Shown: positions 1 through 15,700 of the stretch, one piece after another
Numbering within the stretch: position 1 is the stretch's first letter
How the letters are laid out: each line of letters begins with the position of its first letter
Source: Balanoglossus misakiensis
Taxonomy: Eukaryota; Animalia; Hemichordata
Length of the DNA: 64,000 nucleotides
Direction: 5' to 3'
Assembly (NCBI GenBank): GCA_040954595.2
Contig: CM082590.2
Location: forward strand, 1,674,001-1,738,000
Translations under genes and position numbers: made by a program
Notes under the pieces: model-generated
The model's database searches: none
The model's input: the letters and a program-made list of their open reading frames with translations, nothing else
Told to the model about the DNA's origin: nothing

Positions 1-1229
1 ATGAAGTCAATGTGAACAACTTTACTTGAAGTCAGTAAATTGTAAACAGAATACAAGAGTTGTAATAATTTGTCTGATCACAATATGTCTGTAGACACAT
101 CACGTCCATGGACATGAATGCAAGAATGGACACAGACCAAAGTTGTAATAATTTGTCTGATCACAATATGTCTGTAGACGCATCACGTCCATGGACATGA
201 ATGCAAGAATGGACACAGACCAAAGTTGTAATAATTTGTCAGATCACAATATGTCTATAGACACATCACGTACATGGACATGAATGCATGAATGGACACA
301 GATCATTTATGAAGTCAATGTGAACAACTTTACTTGAAGTCAGTAAATTGTAAACAGAATACAAGAGTTGTAATAATTTGTCTGATCACAATATGTCTGT
401 AGACACATCACGTCCATGGACATGAATGCAAAGATGGACACAGACCAAAGTTGTAATAATTAGTCAGATCACAATATGTCTATAGACACACCACGTCCAT
501 GAACATGAATGCAAGAATGGACACAGATCATTTATGAAGTCAATGTGAACAACTTTACTTGAAGTCAGTACATTGTAAACAGAATACAAGAGTTGTAATA
601 ATTTGTCTGATCACAAAATGTATATAGACACATCACGTACATGGACATGAATGTAAGAATGGTCACAGATCATTTATGAAGTCAATGTGAACAACTTTAC
701 TTGAAGTCAGTAAATTGTAAACAGAATACCAGAGTTGTAATAATTTGTCTGATCACAATATGTCTGTAGACGCATCACGTCCATGGACATGAATGCAAGA
801 ATGGACACAGACCAAAGTTGTAATAATTTGTCAGATCACAATATGTCTATAGACACATCACGTACATGGACATGAATGCATGAATGGACACAGATCATTT
901 ATGAAGTCAATGTGAACAACTTTACTTGAAGTCAGTAAATTGTAAACAGAATACAAGAGTTGTAATAATTTGTCTGATCACAATATGTCTGTAGACACAT
1001 CACGTCCATGGACATGAATGCAAAGATGGACACAGACCAAAGTTGTAATAATTTGTCTGATCACAATATGTCTATAGACACATCACGTCCATGGACATGA
1101 ATGCATGAATGGACACAGATCATTTATGAAGTCAATGTGAACAACTTTACTTGAAGTCAGTAAATTGTAAACAGAATACCAGAGTTGTAATAATTTGTCT
1201 GATCACAATATGTCTATAGACACATCACG

Positions 1230-4200
1230 TACATGGACATGAATGCAAGAATGGACACAGATCATTTATGAAGTCAATGTGAACAACTTTACTTGAAGTC
1301 AGTAAATTGTAAACAAAATACCAGAGTTGTAATAATTTGTCAGATCACAATATGTCTATAGACACATCACGTCCATGGACATGAATGCATGAATGGACAC
1401 AGATCATTAATGAAGTCAATGTGAACAACTTTACTTGAAGTTAGTAAATTGTAAACAGAATACCAGAGTTGTAATAATTTGTCTGATCACAATATGTCTA
1501 TAGACACATCACGTCAATGGACATGAATGCATGAATGGACACAGATCATTTATGAAGTCAATGTGAACAACTTTACTTGAAGTCAGTAAATTATAAACAG
1601 AATACCACAGTTGTAATAATTTGTCTGATCACAATGTGTCTATAGATACATCACGTCCATGGACATGAATGCAAGAATGGACACAGATCATTTATGAAGT
1701 CAATGTGAACAAATTTACTTGAAGTCAGTAAATTGTAAACAGAATACAAGAGTTGTAATAATTTGTCTGATCACAATATGTCTGTAGACACATCACGTCC
1801 ATGGACATGAATGCAAGAATGGACACAGACCAAAGTTGTAATAATTTGTCTGATCACAATATGTCTGTAGACGCATCACGTCCATGGACATGAATGCAAG
1901 AATGGACACAGACCAAAGTTGTAATAATTTGTCAGATCACAATATGTCTATAGACACATCACGTACATGGACATGAATGCATGAATGGACACAGATCATT
2001 TATGAAGTCAATGTGAACAACTTTACTTGAAGTCAGTAAATTGTAAACAGAATACAAGAGTTGTAATAATTTGTCTGATCACAATATGTCTGTAGACACA
2101 TCACGTCCATGGACATGAATGCAAAGATGGACACAGACCAAAGTTGTAATAATTAGTCAGATCACAATATGTCTATAGACACACCACGTCCATGAACATG
2201 AATGCAAGAATGGACACAGATCATTTATGAAGTCAATGTGAACAACTTTACTTGAAGTCAGTACATTGTAAACAGAATACAAGAGTTGTAATAATTTGTC
2301 TGATCACAAAATGTATATAGACACATCACGTACATGGACATGAATGTAAGAATGGTCACAGATAATTTATGAAGTCAATGTGAACAACTTTACTTGAAGT
2401 CAGTAAATTGTAAACAGAATACCAGAGTTGTAATAATTTGTCTGATCACAATATGTCTGTAGACGCATCACGTCCATGGACATGAATGCAAGAATGGACA
2501 CAGACCAAAGTTGTAATAATTTGTCAGATCACAATATGTCTATAGACACATCACGTACATGGACATGAATGCATGAATGGACACAGATCATTTATGAAGT
2601 CAATGTGAACAACTTTACTTGAAGTCAGTAAATTGTAAACAGAATACAAGAGTTGTAATAATTTGTCTGATCACAATATGTCTGTAGACACATCACGTCC
2701 ATGGACATGAATGCATGAATGGACACAGATCATTTATGAAGTCAATGTGAACAACTTTACTTGAAGTCAGTAAATTGTAAACAGAATACCAGAGTTGTAA
2801 TAATTTGTCTGATCACAATATGTCTATAGACACATCACGTACATGGACATGAATGCAAGAATGGACACAGATCATTTATGAAGTCAATGTGAACAACTTT
2901 ACTTGAAGTCAGTAAATTGTAAACAAAATACCAGAGTTGTAATAATTTGTCAGATCACAATATGTCTATAGACACATCACGTCCATGGACATGAATGCAT
3001 GAATGGACACAGATCATTAATGAAGTCAATGTGAACAACTTTACTTGAAGTTAGTAAATTGTAAACAGAATACCAGAGTTGTAATAATTTGTCTGATCAC
3101 AATATGTCTATAGACACATCACGTCAATGGACATGAATGCATGAATGGACACAGATCATTTATGAAGTCAATGTGAACAACTTTACTTGAAGTCAGTAAA
3201 TTATAAACAGAATACCACAGTTGTAATAATTTGTCTGATCACAATGTCTCTATAGATACATCACGTCCATGGACATGAATGCAAGAATGGACACAGATCA
3301 TTTATGAAGTCAATGTGAACAAATTTACTTTAAGTCAGTAAATTGTAAACAGAATACCACAGTTGTAATAATTTGTCTGATCACAATATGTCTATAGACA
3401 CATCACGTACATGGACATGAATGCAAGAATGGACACAGATCATTTATGAAGTCAATGTGAACAACTTTACTTGAATTCAGTACATTGTAAATAGAATACC
3501 ACAGTTGTAATAATTTGTCTGATCACAATATGTCTGTAGACACATCACGTCCATGGACATGAATGCAAGAATGGACACAGATCATTAATGAAGTCAATGT
3601 GAACAACTTTACTTGAAGTTAGTAAATTGTAAACAGAATACCAGAGTTGTAATAATTTGTCTGATCACAATATGTCTATAGACATATCACGTCAATGGAC
3701 ATGAATGCACGAATGGACACAGATCATTAATGAAGTCAATGTGAACAACTTTTCTTGAAGTTAGTAAATTGTAAACAGAATACCAGAGTTGTAATAATTT
3801 GTCTGATCACAATATGTCTATAGACATATCACGTCCATGGACATGAATGCACGAATGGACACAGATCATTTATGAAGTCAATGTGAACAAATTTACTTGA
3901 AGTCAGTAAATTGTAAACAGAATACCACAGTTGTAATAATTTGTCTGATCACAATATGTCTATAGACACATCACGTCCATGGACATGAATGCAAGAATGG
4001 ACACAGATCATTTATGAAGTCAATGTGAACAACTTTACTTGAAGTCAGTAAATTGTAAACAAAATACCAGAGTTGTAATAATTTGTCAGATCACAATATG
4101 TCTATAGACACATCACGTCCATGGACATGAATGCATGAATGGACACAGATCATTAATGAAGTCAATGTGAACAACTTTACTTGAAGTTAGTAAATTGTAA

Positions 4201-6780
4201 ACAGAATACCAGAGTTGTAATAATTTGTCTGATCACAATATGTCTATAGACACATCACGTCAATGGACATGAATGCATGAATGGACACAGATCATTTATG
4301 AAGTCAATGTGAACAACTTTACTTGAAGTCAGTAAATTATAAACAGAATACCACAGTTGTAATAATTTGTCTGATCACAATGTGTCTATAGATACATCAC
4401 GTCCATGGACATGAATGCAAGAATGGACACAGATCATTTATGAAGTCAATGTGAACAAATTTACTTGAAGTCAGTAAATTGTAAACAGAATACAAGAGTT
4501 GTAATAATTTGTCTGATCACAATATGTCTGTAGACACATCACGTCCATGGACATGAATGCAAGAATGGACACAGACCAAAGTTGTAATAATTTGTCTGAT
4601 CACAATATGTCTGTAGACGCATCACGTCCATGGACATGAATGCAAGAATGGACACAGACCAAAGTTGTAATAATTTGTCAGATCACAATATGTCTATAGA
4701 CACATCACGTACATGGACATGAATGCATGAATGGACACAGATCATTTATGAAGTCAATGTGAACAACTTTACTTGAAGTCAGTAAATTGTAAACAGAATA
4801 CAAGAGTTGTAATAATTTGTCTGATCACAATATGTCTGTAGACACATCACGTCCATGGACATGAATGCAAAGATGGACACAGACCAAAGTTGTAATAATT
4901 AGTCAGATCACAATATGTCTATAGACACACCACGTCCATGAACATGAATGCAAGAATGGACACAGATCATTTATGAAGTCAATGTGAACAACTTTACTTG
5001 AAGTCAGTACATTGTAAACAGAATACAAGAGTTGTAATAATTTGTCTGATCACAAAATGTATATAGACACATCACGTACATGGACATGAATGTAAGAATG
5101 GTCACAGATAATTTATGAAGTCAATGTGAACAACTTTACTTGAAGTCAGTAAATTGTAAACAGAATACCAGAGTTGTAATAATTTGTCTGATCACAATAT
5201 GTCTGTAGACGCATCACGTCCATGGACATGAATGCAAGAATGGACACAGACCAAAGTTGTAATAATTTGTCAGATCACAATATGTCTATAGACACATCAC
5301 GTACATGGACATGAATGCATGAATGGACACAGATCATTTATGAAGTCAATGTGAACAACTTTACTTGAAGTCAGTAAATTGTAAACAGAATACAAGAGTT
5401 GTAATAATTTGTCTGATCACAATATGTCTGTAGACACATCACGTCCATGGACATGAATGCATGAATGGACACAGATCATTTATGAAGTCAATGTGAACAA
5501 CTTTACTTGAAGTCAGTAAATTGTAAACAGAATACCAGAGTTGTAATAATTTGTCTGATCACAATATGTCTATAGACACATCACGTACATGGACATGAAT
5601 GCAAGAATGGACACAGATCATTTATGAAGTCAATGTGAACAACTTTACTTGAAGTCAGTAAATTGTAAACAAAATACCAGAGTTGTAATAATTTGTCAGA
5701 TCACAATATGTCTATAGACACATCACGTCCATGGACATGAATGCATGAATGGACACAGATCATTAATGAAGTCAATGTGAACAACTTTACTTGAAGTTAG
5801 TAAATTGTAAACAGAATACCAGAGTTGTAATAATTTGTCTGATCACAATATGTCTATAGACACATCACGTCAATGGACATGAATGCATGAATGGACACAG
5901 ATCATTTATGAAGTCAATGTGAACAACTTTACTTGAAGTCAGTAAATTATAAACAGAATACCACAGTTGTAATAATTTGTCTGATCACAATGTCTCTATA
6001 GATACATCACGTCCATGGACATGAATGCAAGAATGGACACAGATCATTTATGAAGTCAATGTGAACAAATTTACTTTAAGTCAGTAAATTGTAAACAGAA
6101 TACCACAGTTGTAATAATTTGTCTGATCACAATATGTCTATAGACACATCACGTACATGGACATGAATGCAAGAATGGACACAGATCATTTATGAAGTCA
6201 ATGTGAACAACTTTACTTGAATTCAGTACATTGTAAATAGAATACCACAGTTGTAATAATTTGTCTGATCACAATATGTCTGTAGACACATCACGTCCAT
6301 GGACATGAATGCAAGAATGGACACAGATCATTAATGAAGTCAATGTGAACAACTTTACTTGAAGTTAGTAAATTGTAAACAGAATACCAGAGTTGTAATA
6401 ATTTGTCTGATCACAATATGTCTATAGACATATCACGTCAATGGACATGAATGCACGAATGGACACAGATCATTAATGAAGTCAATGTGAACAACTTTTC
6501 TTGAAGTTAGTAAATTGTAAACAGAATACCAGAGTTGTAATAATTTGTCTGATCACAATATGTCTATAGACATATCACGTCCATGGACATGAATGCACGA
6601 ATGGACACAGATCATTTATGAAGTCAATGTGAACAAATTTACTTGAAGTCAGTAAATTGTAAACAGAATACCACAGTTGTAATAATTTGTCTGATCACAA
6701 TATGTCTATAGACACATCACGTCCATGGACATGAATGCAAGAATGGACACAGATCATTTATGAAGTCAATGTGAACAACT
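1230..6780. repeat. Higher-order tandem duplication, 2746-bp period (boundaries approximate)
   Basis: Rare markers recur at a 2746 offset: AAACAAAATA 1311/4057 and 2921/5667; CCACGTCCATGAAC 2184/4930. Confidence 0.85.
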
Positions 6781-9700
6781 TTACTTGTAGTCAGTAAATT
6801 GTAAACAGAATACCACAGTTGTAATAATTTGTCTGATCACAATATGTCTATAGACACATCACGTACATGGACATGAATACATGAATGGACACAGATCATT
6901 TATGAAGTCAATGTGAACAACTTTACTTGAAGTCTGTACATTGTAAACAGAATACCACAGTTGTAATAATTTGTCTGATCACAATATGTCTATAGACATA
7001 TCACGTACATGGACATGAATGCATGAATGGACACAGATCATTTATGAAGTTAATGTGAACAACTTTACTTGAAGTCAGTAAATTATAAACAGAATACCAC
7101 AGTTGTAATAATTTGTCTGATCACAATATGTCTATAGACACATCGCGTCCATGGACATGAATGCAAGAATGGACACAGATCATTTATGAAGTCAATGTGA
7201 ACAACTTTACTTGAAGTCAGTAAGTTGTAAACAGAATACAAGAGTTGTAATAATTTGTCTGATCACAATATGTCTATAGACATATCACGTCCATGGACAT
7301 GAATGCAAGAATGGACACAGATCATTTATGAAGTCAATGTGAACAACTTTACTTGAAGTCAGTAAATTGTAAACAGAATACAAGAGTTGTAATAATTTGT
7401 CTGATCACAATATGTCTATAGACATATCACGTCAATGGACATGAATGCACGAATGGACACAGATCATTAATGAAGTCAATGTGAACAACTTTTCTTGAAG
7501 TTAGTAAATTGTAAACAGAATACCAGAGTTGTAATAATTTGTCTGATCACAATATGTCTATAGACATATCACGTCCATGGACATGAATGCACGAATGGAC
7601 ACAGATCATTTATGAAGTCAATGTGAACAACTTTACTTGAAGTCTGTACATTGTAAACAGAATACCACAGTTGTAATAATTTGTCTGATCACAATATGTC
7701 TATAGACATATCACGTACATGGACATGAATGCATGAATGGACACAGATCATTTATGAAGTTAATGTGAACAACTTTACTTGAAGTCAGTAAATTATAAAC
7801 AGAATACCACAGTTGTAATAATTTGTCTGATCACAATATGTCTATAGACACATCGCGTCCATGGACATGAATGCAAGAATGGACACAGATCATTTATGAA
7901 GTCAATGTGAACAACTTTACTTGAAGTCAGTAAGTTGTAAACAGAATACAAGAGTTGTAATAATTTGTCTGATCACAATATGTCTATAGACATATCACGT
8001 CCATGGACATGAATGCAAGAATGGACACAGATCATTTATGAAGTCAATGTGAACAACTTTACTTGTAGTCAGTAAATTGTAAACAGAATACCACAGTTGT
8101 AATAATTTGTCTGATCACAATATGTCTATAGACACATCACGTACATGGACATGAATACATGAATGGACACAGATCATTTATGAAGTCAATGTGAACAACT
8201 TTACTTGAAGTCTGTACATTGTAAACAGAATACCACAGTTGTAATAATTTGTCTGATCACAATATGTCTATAGACATATCACGTACATGGACATGAATGC
8301 ATGAATGGACACAGATCATTTATGAAGTTAATGTGAACAACTTTACTTGAAGTCAGTAAATTATAAACAGAATACCACAGTTGTAATAATTTGTCTGATC
8401 ACAATATGTCTATAGACACATCGCGTCCATGGACATGAATGCAAGAATGGACACAGATCATTTATGAAGTCAATGTGAACAACTTTACTTGAAGTCAGTA
8501 AGTTGTAAACAGAATACAAGAGTTGTAATAATTTGTCTGATCACAATATGTCTATAGACATATCACGTCCATGGACATGAATGCAAGAATGGACACAGAT
8601 CATTTATGAAGTCAATGTGAACAACTTTACTTGTAGTCAGTAAATTGTAAACAGAATACCACAGTTGTAATAATTTGTCTGATCACAATATGTCTATAGA
8701 CACATCACGTACATGGACATGAATACATGAATGGACACAGATCATTTATGAAGTCAATGTGAACAACTTTACTTGAAGTCTGTACATTGTAAACAGAATA
8801 CCACAGTTGTAATAATTTGTCTGATCACAATATGTCTATAGACATATCACGTACATGGACATGAATGCATGAATGGACACAGATCATTTATGAAGTTAAT
8901 GTGAACAACTTTACTTGAAGTCAGTAAATTATAAACAGAATACCACAGTTGTAATAATTTGTCTGATCACAATATGTCTATAGACACATCGCGTCCATGG
9001 ACATGAATGCAAGAATGGACACAGATCATTTATGAAGTCAATGTGAACAACTTTACTTGAAGTCAGTAAGTTGTAAACAGAATACAAGAGTTGTAATAAT
9101 TTGTCTGATCACAATATGTCTATAGACATATCACGTCCATGGACATGAATGCAAGAATGGACACAGATCATTTATGAAGTCAATGTGAACAACTTTACTT
9201 GAATTCAGTACATTGTAAATAGAATACCACAGTTGTAATAATTTGTCTGATCACAATATGTCTGTAGACACATCACGTCCATGGACATGAATGCAAGAAT
9301 GGACACAGACCAAAGTTGTAATAATTTGTCAGATCACAATATGTCTATAGACACATCACGTCCATGGACATGAATGCATGAATGGACACAGATCATTTAT
9401 GAAGTCAATGTGAACAACTTTACTTGAAGTCAGTAAATTATAAACAGGATACCACAGTTGTAATAATTTGTCTGATCACAATATGTCTATAGACACATCG
9501 CGTCCATGAACATGCATGCAAGAATGGACACAGATCATTTATGAAGTCAATGTGAACAACTTTACTTGAAGTCAGTAAATTGTAAACAGAATACAAGAGT
9601 TGTAATAATTTGTCTGATCACAATATGTCTATAGACATATCACGTCCATGGACATGAATGCACGAATGGACACAGATCATTAATGAAGTCAATGTGAACA

Positions 9701-12700
9701 ACTTTTCTTGAAGTTAGTAAATTGTAAACAGAATACCAGAGTTGTAATAATTTGTCTGATCACAATATGTCTATAGACATATCACGTCCATGGACATGAA
9801 TGCACGAATGGACACAGATCATTTATGAAGTCAATGTGAACAAATTTACTTGAAGTCAGTAAATTGTAAACAGAATACCACAGTTGTAATAATTTGTCTG
9901 ATCACAATATGTCTATAGACACATCACGTCCATGGACATGAATGCAAGAATGGACACAGATCATTTATGAAGTCAATGTGAACAACTTTACTTGTAGTCA
10001 GTAAATTGTAAACAGAATACCACAGTTGTAATAATTTGTCTGATCACAATATGTCTATAGACATATCACGTACATGGACATGAATGCATGAATGGACACA
10101 GATCATTTATGAAGTTAATGTGAACAACTTTACTTGAAGTCAGTAAATTATAAACAGAATACAAGAGTTGTAATAATTTGTCTGATCACAATATGTCTAT
10201 AGACATATCACGTCCATGGACATGAATGCAAGAATGGACACAGATCATTTATGAAGTCAATGTGAACAACTTTACTTGAAGTCAGTAAATTGTAAACAGA
10301 ATACCACAGTTGTAATAATTTGTCTGATCACAATTTTTCTATAGACACATCATGTCCGACATGAATGCAAGAATGGACACAGATCATTTATGAAGTCAAT
10401 GTGAACAACTTTACTTGAAGTCAGTAAATTATAAACAGAATACCACAGTTGTAATAATTTGTCTGATCACAATATGTCTATAGACACATCGCGTCCATGG
10501 ACATGAATGCAAGAATGGACACAGATCATTTATGAAGTCAATGTGAACAACTTTACTTGAAGTCAGTAAATTGTAAACAGAATACAAGAGTTGTAATAAT
10601 TTGTCTGATCACAATATGTCTGTAGACATTGTAAACAGAATACCACAGTTGTAATAATTTGTCTGGACACAATATGTCTATAGACACATCACGTACATGG
10701 ACATGAATGCAAGAATGGACACAGATCATTTATGAAGTCAATGTGAACATCTTTACTTGAAGTCAGTACATTGTAAACAGAATACCACAGTTGTAATAAT
10801 TTGTCTGGACACAATATGTCTATAGACACATCACGTACATGGACATGAATGCAAGAATGGACACAGATCATTTATGAAGTCAATATGAACAACTTTACTT
10901 GAAGTCAGTACATTGTAAACAGAATACCACAGTTGTAATAATTTGTCTGGACACAATATGTCTATAGACACATCACGTACATGGACATGAATGCAAGAAT
11001 GGACACAGATCATTTATGAAGTCAATGTGAACATCTTTACTTGAAGTCAGTACATTGTAAACAGAATACCACAGTTGTAATAATTTGTCTGGTCACAATA
11101 TGTCTATAGACACAACATGTACATGGACATGAATGCAAGAATGGACACAGATCATTTATGAAGTCAATGTGAACAACTTTACTTGAAGTCAGTAAATTGT
11201 AAACAGAATACCAGAGTTGTAATAATGTGTCTGGTCACAATATGTCTACAGACACATCATGTAAATTGACACGAATGAAAGAATGGACACAGATCATTTA
11301 TAAAGTCAATGTGAACAACTTTACTTGAAGTCAGTAAATTGTAAACACAATACCAGAGTTGTCATAATATTTCTGATCACAATATGTCTATAGACATATC
11401 ACGTACATGGACATGAATGCAAGAATGGACACAAATCATTTATGAAGTCAATGTGAACAACTTTACTTGAAGTCAGTACATTATAAACAGAATACCACAG
11501 TTGTAATAATTTGTCTGATCACAATGTCTCTATAGACACATCACGTACATGGACATGAATGCATGAATGGACACAGATCATTTATGAAGTCAATGTGAAC
11601 AACTTTACTTGAAGTCAGTAAATTGTAAACAGAATACAAGAGTTGTAATAATTTGTCTGATCACAATATGTCTGTAGACACATCACGTCCATGGACATGA
11701 ATGCATGAATGGACACAGATCATTTATGAAGTCAATGTGAACAACTTTACTTGAAGTCAGTAAATTGTAAACAGAATACCAGAGTTGTAATAATTTGTCT
11801 GATCACAATATGTCTATAGACACATCACGTACATGGACATGAATGCAAGAATGGACACAGATCATTTATGAAGTCAATGTGAACAACTTTACTTGAAGTC
11901 AGTAAATTGTAAACAAAATACCAGAGTTGTAATAATTTGTCAGATCACAATATGTCTATAGACACATCACGTCCATGGACATGAATGCATGAATGGACAC
12001 AGATCATTAATGAAGTCAATGTGAACAACTTTACTTGAAGTTAGTAAATTGTAAACAGAATACCAGAGTTGTAATAATTTGTCTGATCACAATATGTCTA
12101 TAGACACATCACGTCAATGGACATGAATGCATGAATGGACACAGATCATTTATGAAGTCAATGTGAACAACTTTACTTGAAGTCAGTAAATTATAAACAG
12201 AATACCACAGTTGTAATAATTTGTCTGATCACAATGTCTCTATAGATACATCACGTCCATGGACATGAATGCAAGAATGGACACAGATCATTTATGAAGT
12301 CAATGTGAACAAATTTACTTTAAGTCAGTAAATTGTAAACAGAATACCACAGTTGTAATAATTTGTCTGATCACAATATGTCTATAGACACATCACGTAC
12401 ATGGACATGAATGCAAGAATGGACACAGATCATTTATGAAGTCAATGTGAACAACTTTACTTGAATTCAGTACATTGTAAATAGAATACCACAGTTGTAA
12501 TAATTTGTCTGATCACAATATGTCTGTAGACACATCACGTCCATGGACATGAATGCAAGAATGGACACAGATCATTAATGAAGTCAATGTGAACAACTTT
12601 ACTTGAAGTTAGTAAATTGTAAACAGAATACCAGAGTTGTAATAATTTGTCTGATCACAATATGTCTATAGACATATCACGTCAATGGACATGAATGCAC

Positions 12701-15700
12701 GAATGGACACAGATCATTAATGAAGTCAATGTGAACAACTTTTCTTGAAGTTAGTAAATTGTAAACAGAATACCAGAGTTGTAATAATTTGTCTGATCAC
12801 AATATGTCTATAGACATATCACGTCCATGGACATGAATGCACGAATGGACACAGATCATTTATGAAGTCAATGTGAACAAATTTACTTGAAGTCAGTAAA
12901 TTGTAAACAGAATACCACAGTTGTAATAATTTGTCTGATCACAATATGTCTATAGACACATCACGTCCATGGACATGAATGCAAGAATGGACACAGATCA
13001 TTTATGAAGTCAATGTGAACAACTTTACTTGTAGTCAGTAAATTGTAAACAGAATACCACAGTTGTAATAATTTGTCTGATCACAATATGTCTATAGACA
13101 CATCACGTACATGGACATGAATACATGAATGGACACAGATCATTTATGAAGTCAATGTGAACAACTTTACTTGAAGTCTGTACATTGTAAACAGAATACC
13201 ACAGTTGTAATAATTTGTCTGATCACAATATGTCTATAGACATATCACGTACATGGACATGAATGCATGAATGGACACAGATCATTTATGAAGTTAATGT
13301 GAACAACTTTACTTGAAGTCAGTAAATTATAAACAGAATACCACAGTTGTAATAATTTGTCTGATCACAATATGTCTATAGACACATCGCGTCCATGGAC
13401 ATGAATGCAAGAATGGACACAGATCATTTATGAAGTCAATGTGAACAACTTTACTTGAAGTCAGTAAGTTGTAAACAGAATACAAGAGTTGTAATAATTT
13501 GTCTGATCACAATATGTCTATAGACATATCACGTCCATGGACATGAATGCAAGAATGGACACAGATCATTTATGAAGTCAATGTGAACAACTTTACTTGA
13601 AGTCAGTAAATTGTAAACAGAATACAAGAGTTGTAATAATTTGTCTGATCACAATATGTCTATAGACATATCACGTCAATGGACATGAATGCACGAATGG
13701 ACACAGATCATTAATGAAGTCAATGTGAACAACTTTTCTTGAAGTTAGTAAATTGTAAACAGAATACCAGAGTTGTAATAATTTGTCTGATCACAATATG
13801 TCTATAGACATATCACGTCCATGGACATGAATGCACGAATGGACACAGATCATTTATGAAGTCAATGTGAACAAATTTACTTGAAGTCAGTAAATTGTAA
13901 ACAGAATACCACAGTTGTAATAATTTGTCTGATCACAATATGTCTATAGACACATCACGTCCATGGACATGAATGCAAGAATGGACACAGATCATTTATG
14001 AAGTCAATGTGAACAACTTTACTTGTAGTCAGTAAATTGTAAACAGAATACCACAGTTGTAATAATTTGTCTGATCACAATATGTCTATAGACACATCAC
14101 GTACATGGACATGAATACATGAATGGACACAGATCATTTATGAAGTCAATGTGAACAACTTTACTTGAAGTCTGTACATTGTAAACAGAATACCACAGTT
14201 GTAATAATTTGTCTGATCACAATATGTCTATAGACATATCACGTACATGGACATGAATGCATGAATGGACACAGATCATTTATGAAGTTAATGTGAACAA
14301 CTTTACTTGAAGTCAGTAAATTATAAACAGAATACCACAGTTGTAATAATTTGTCTGATCACAATATGTCTATAGACACATCGCGTCCATGGACATGAAT
14401 GCAAGAATGGACACAGATCATTTATGAAGTCAATGTGAACAACTTTACTTGAAGTCAGTAAGTTGTAAACAGAATACAAGAGTTGTAATAATTTGTCTGA
14501 TCACAATATGTCTATAGACATATCACGTCCATGGACATGAATGCAAGAATGGACACAGATCATTTATGAAGTCAATGTGAACAACTTTACTTGTAGTCAG
14601 TAAATTGTAAACAGAATACCACAGTTGTAATAATTTGTCTGATCACAATATGTCTATAGACACATCACGTACATGGACATGAATACATGAATGGACACAG
14701 ATCATTTATGAAGTCAATGTGAACAACTTTACTTGAAGTCTGTACATTGTAAACAGAATACCACAGTTGTAATAATTTGTCTGATCACAATATGTCTATA
14801 GACATATCACGTACATGGACATGAATGCATGAATGGACACAGATCATTTATGAAGTTAATGTGAACAACTTTACTTGAAGTCAGTAAATTATAAACAGAA
14901 TACCACAGTTGTAATAATTTGTCTGATCACAATATGTCTATAGACACATCGCGTCCATGGACATGAATGCAAGAATGGACACAGATCATTTATGAAGTCA
15001 ATGTGAACAACTTTACTTGAAGTCAGTAAGTTGTAAACAGAATACAAGAGTTGTAATAATTTGTCTGATCACAATATGTCTATAGACATATCACGTCCAT
15101 GGACATGAATGCAAGAATGGACACAGATCATTTATGAAGTCAATGTGAACAACTTTACTTGAATTCAGTACATTGTAAATAGAATACCACAGTTGTAATA
15201 ATTTGTCTGATCACAATATGTCTGTAGACACATCACGTCCATGGACATGAATGCAAGAATGGACACAGACCAAAGTTGTAATAATTTGTCAGATCACAAT
15301 ATGTCTATAGACACATCACGTCCATGGACATGAATGCATGAATGGACACAGATCATTTATGAAGTCAATGTGAACAACTTTACTTGAAGTCAGTAAATTA
15401 TAAACAGGATACCACAGTTGTAATAATTTGTCTGATCACAATATGTCTATAGACACATCGCGTCCATGAACATGCATGCAAGAATGGACACAGATCATTT
15501 ATGAAGTCAATGTGAACAACTTTACTTGAAGTCAGTAAATTGTAAACAGAATACAAGAGTTGTAATAATTTGTCTGATCACAATATGTCTATAGACATAT
15601 CACGTCCATGGACATGAATGCACGAATGGACACAGATCATTAATGAAGTCAATGTGAACAACTTTTCTTGAAGTTAGTAAATTGTAAACAGAATACCAGA

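Noticed and set aside
2-34. Paired TGAAGTCA motifs as CRE/AP-1-like regulatory sites
   Set aside because: They mismatch TGACGTCA, have no gene nearby, and are better explained as an internal direct repeat of the monomer.
1-142. Tandem small RNA genes (5S, tRNA, snRNA, SL RNA) as the repeat unit
   Set aside because: I see no recognisable A/B/C boxes, cloverleaf or known RNA sequence by eye, and large deletions are tolerated and amplified. An Rfam/Infernal search was not run.
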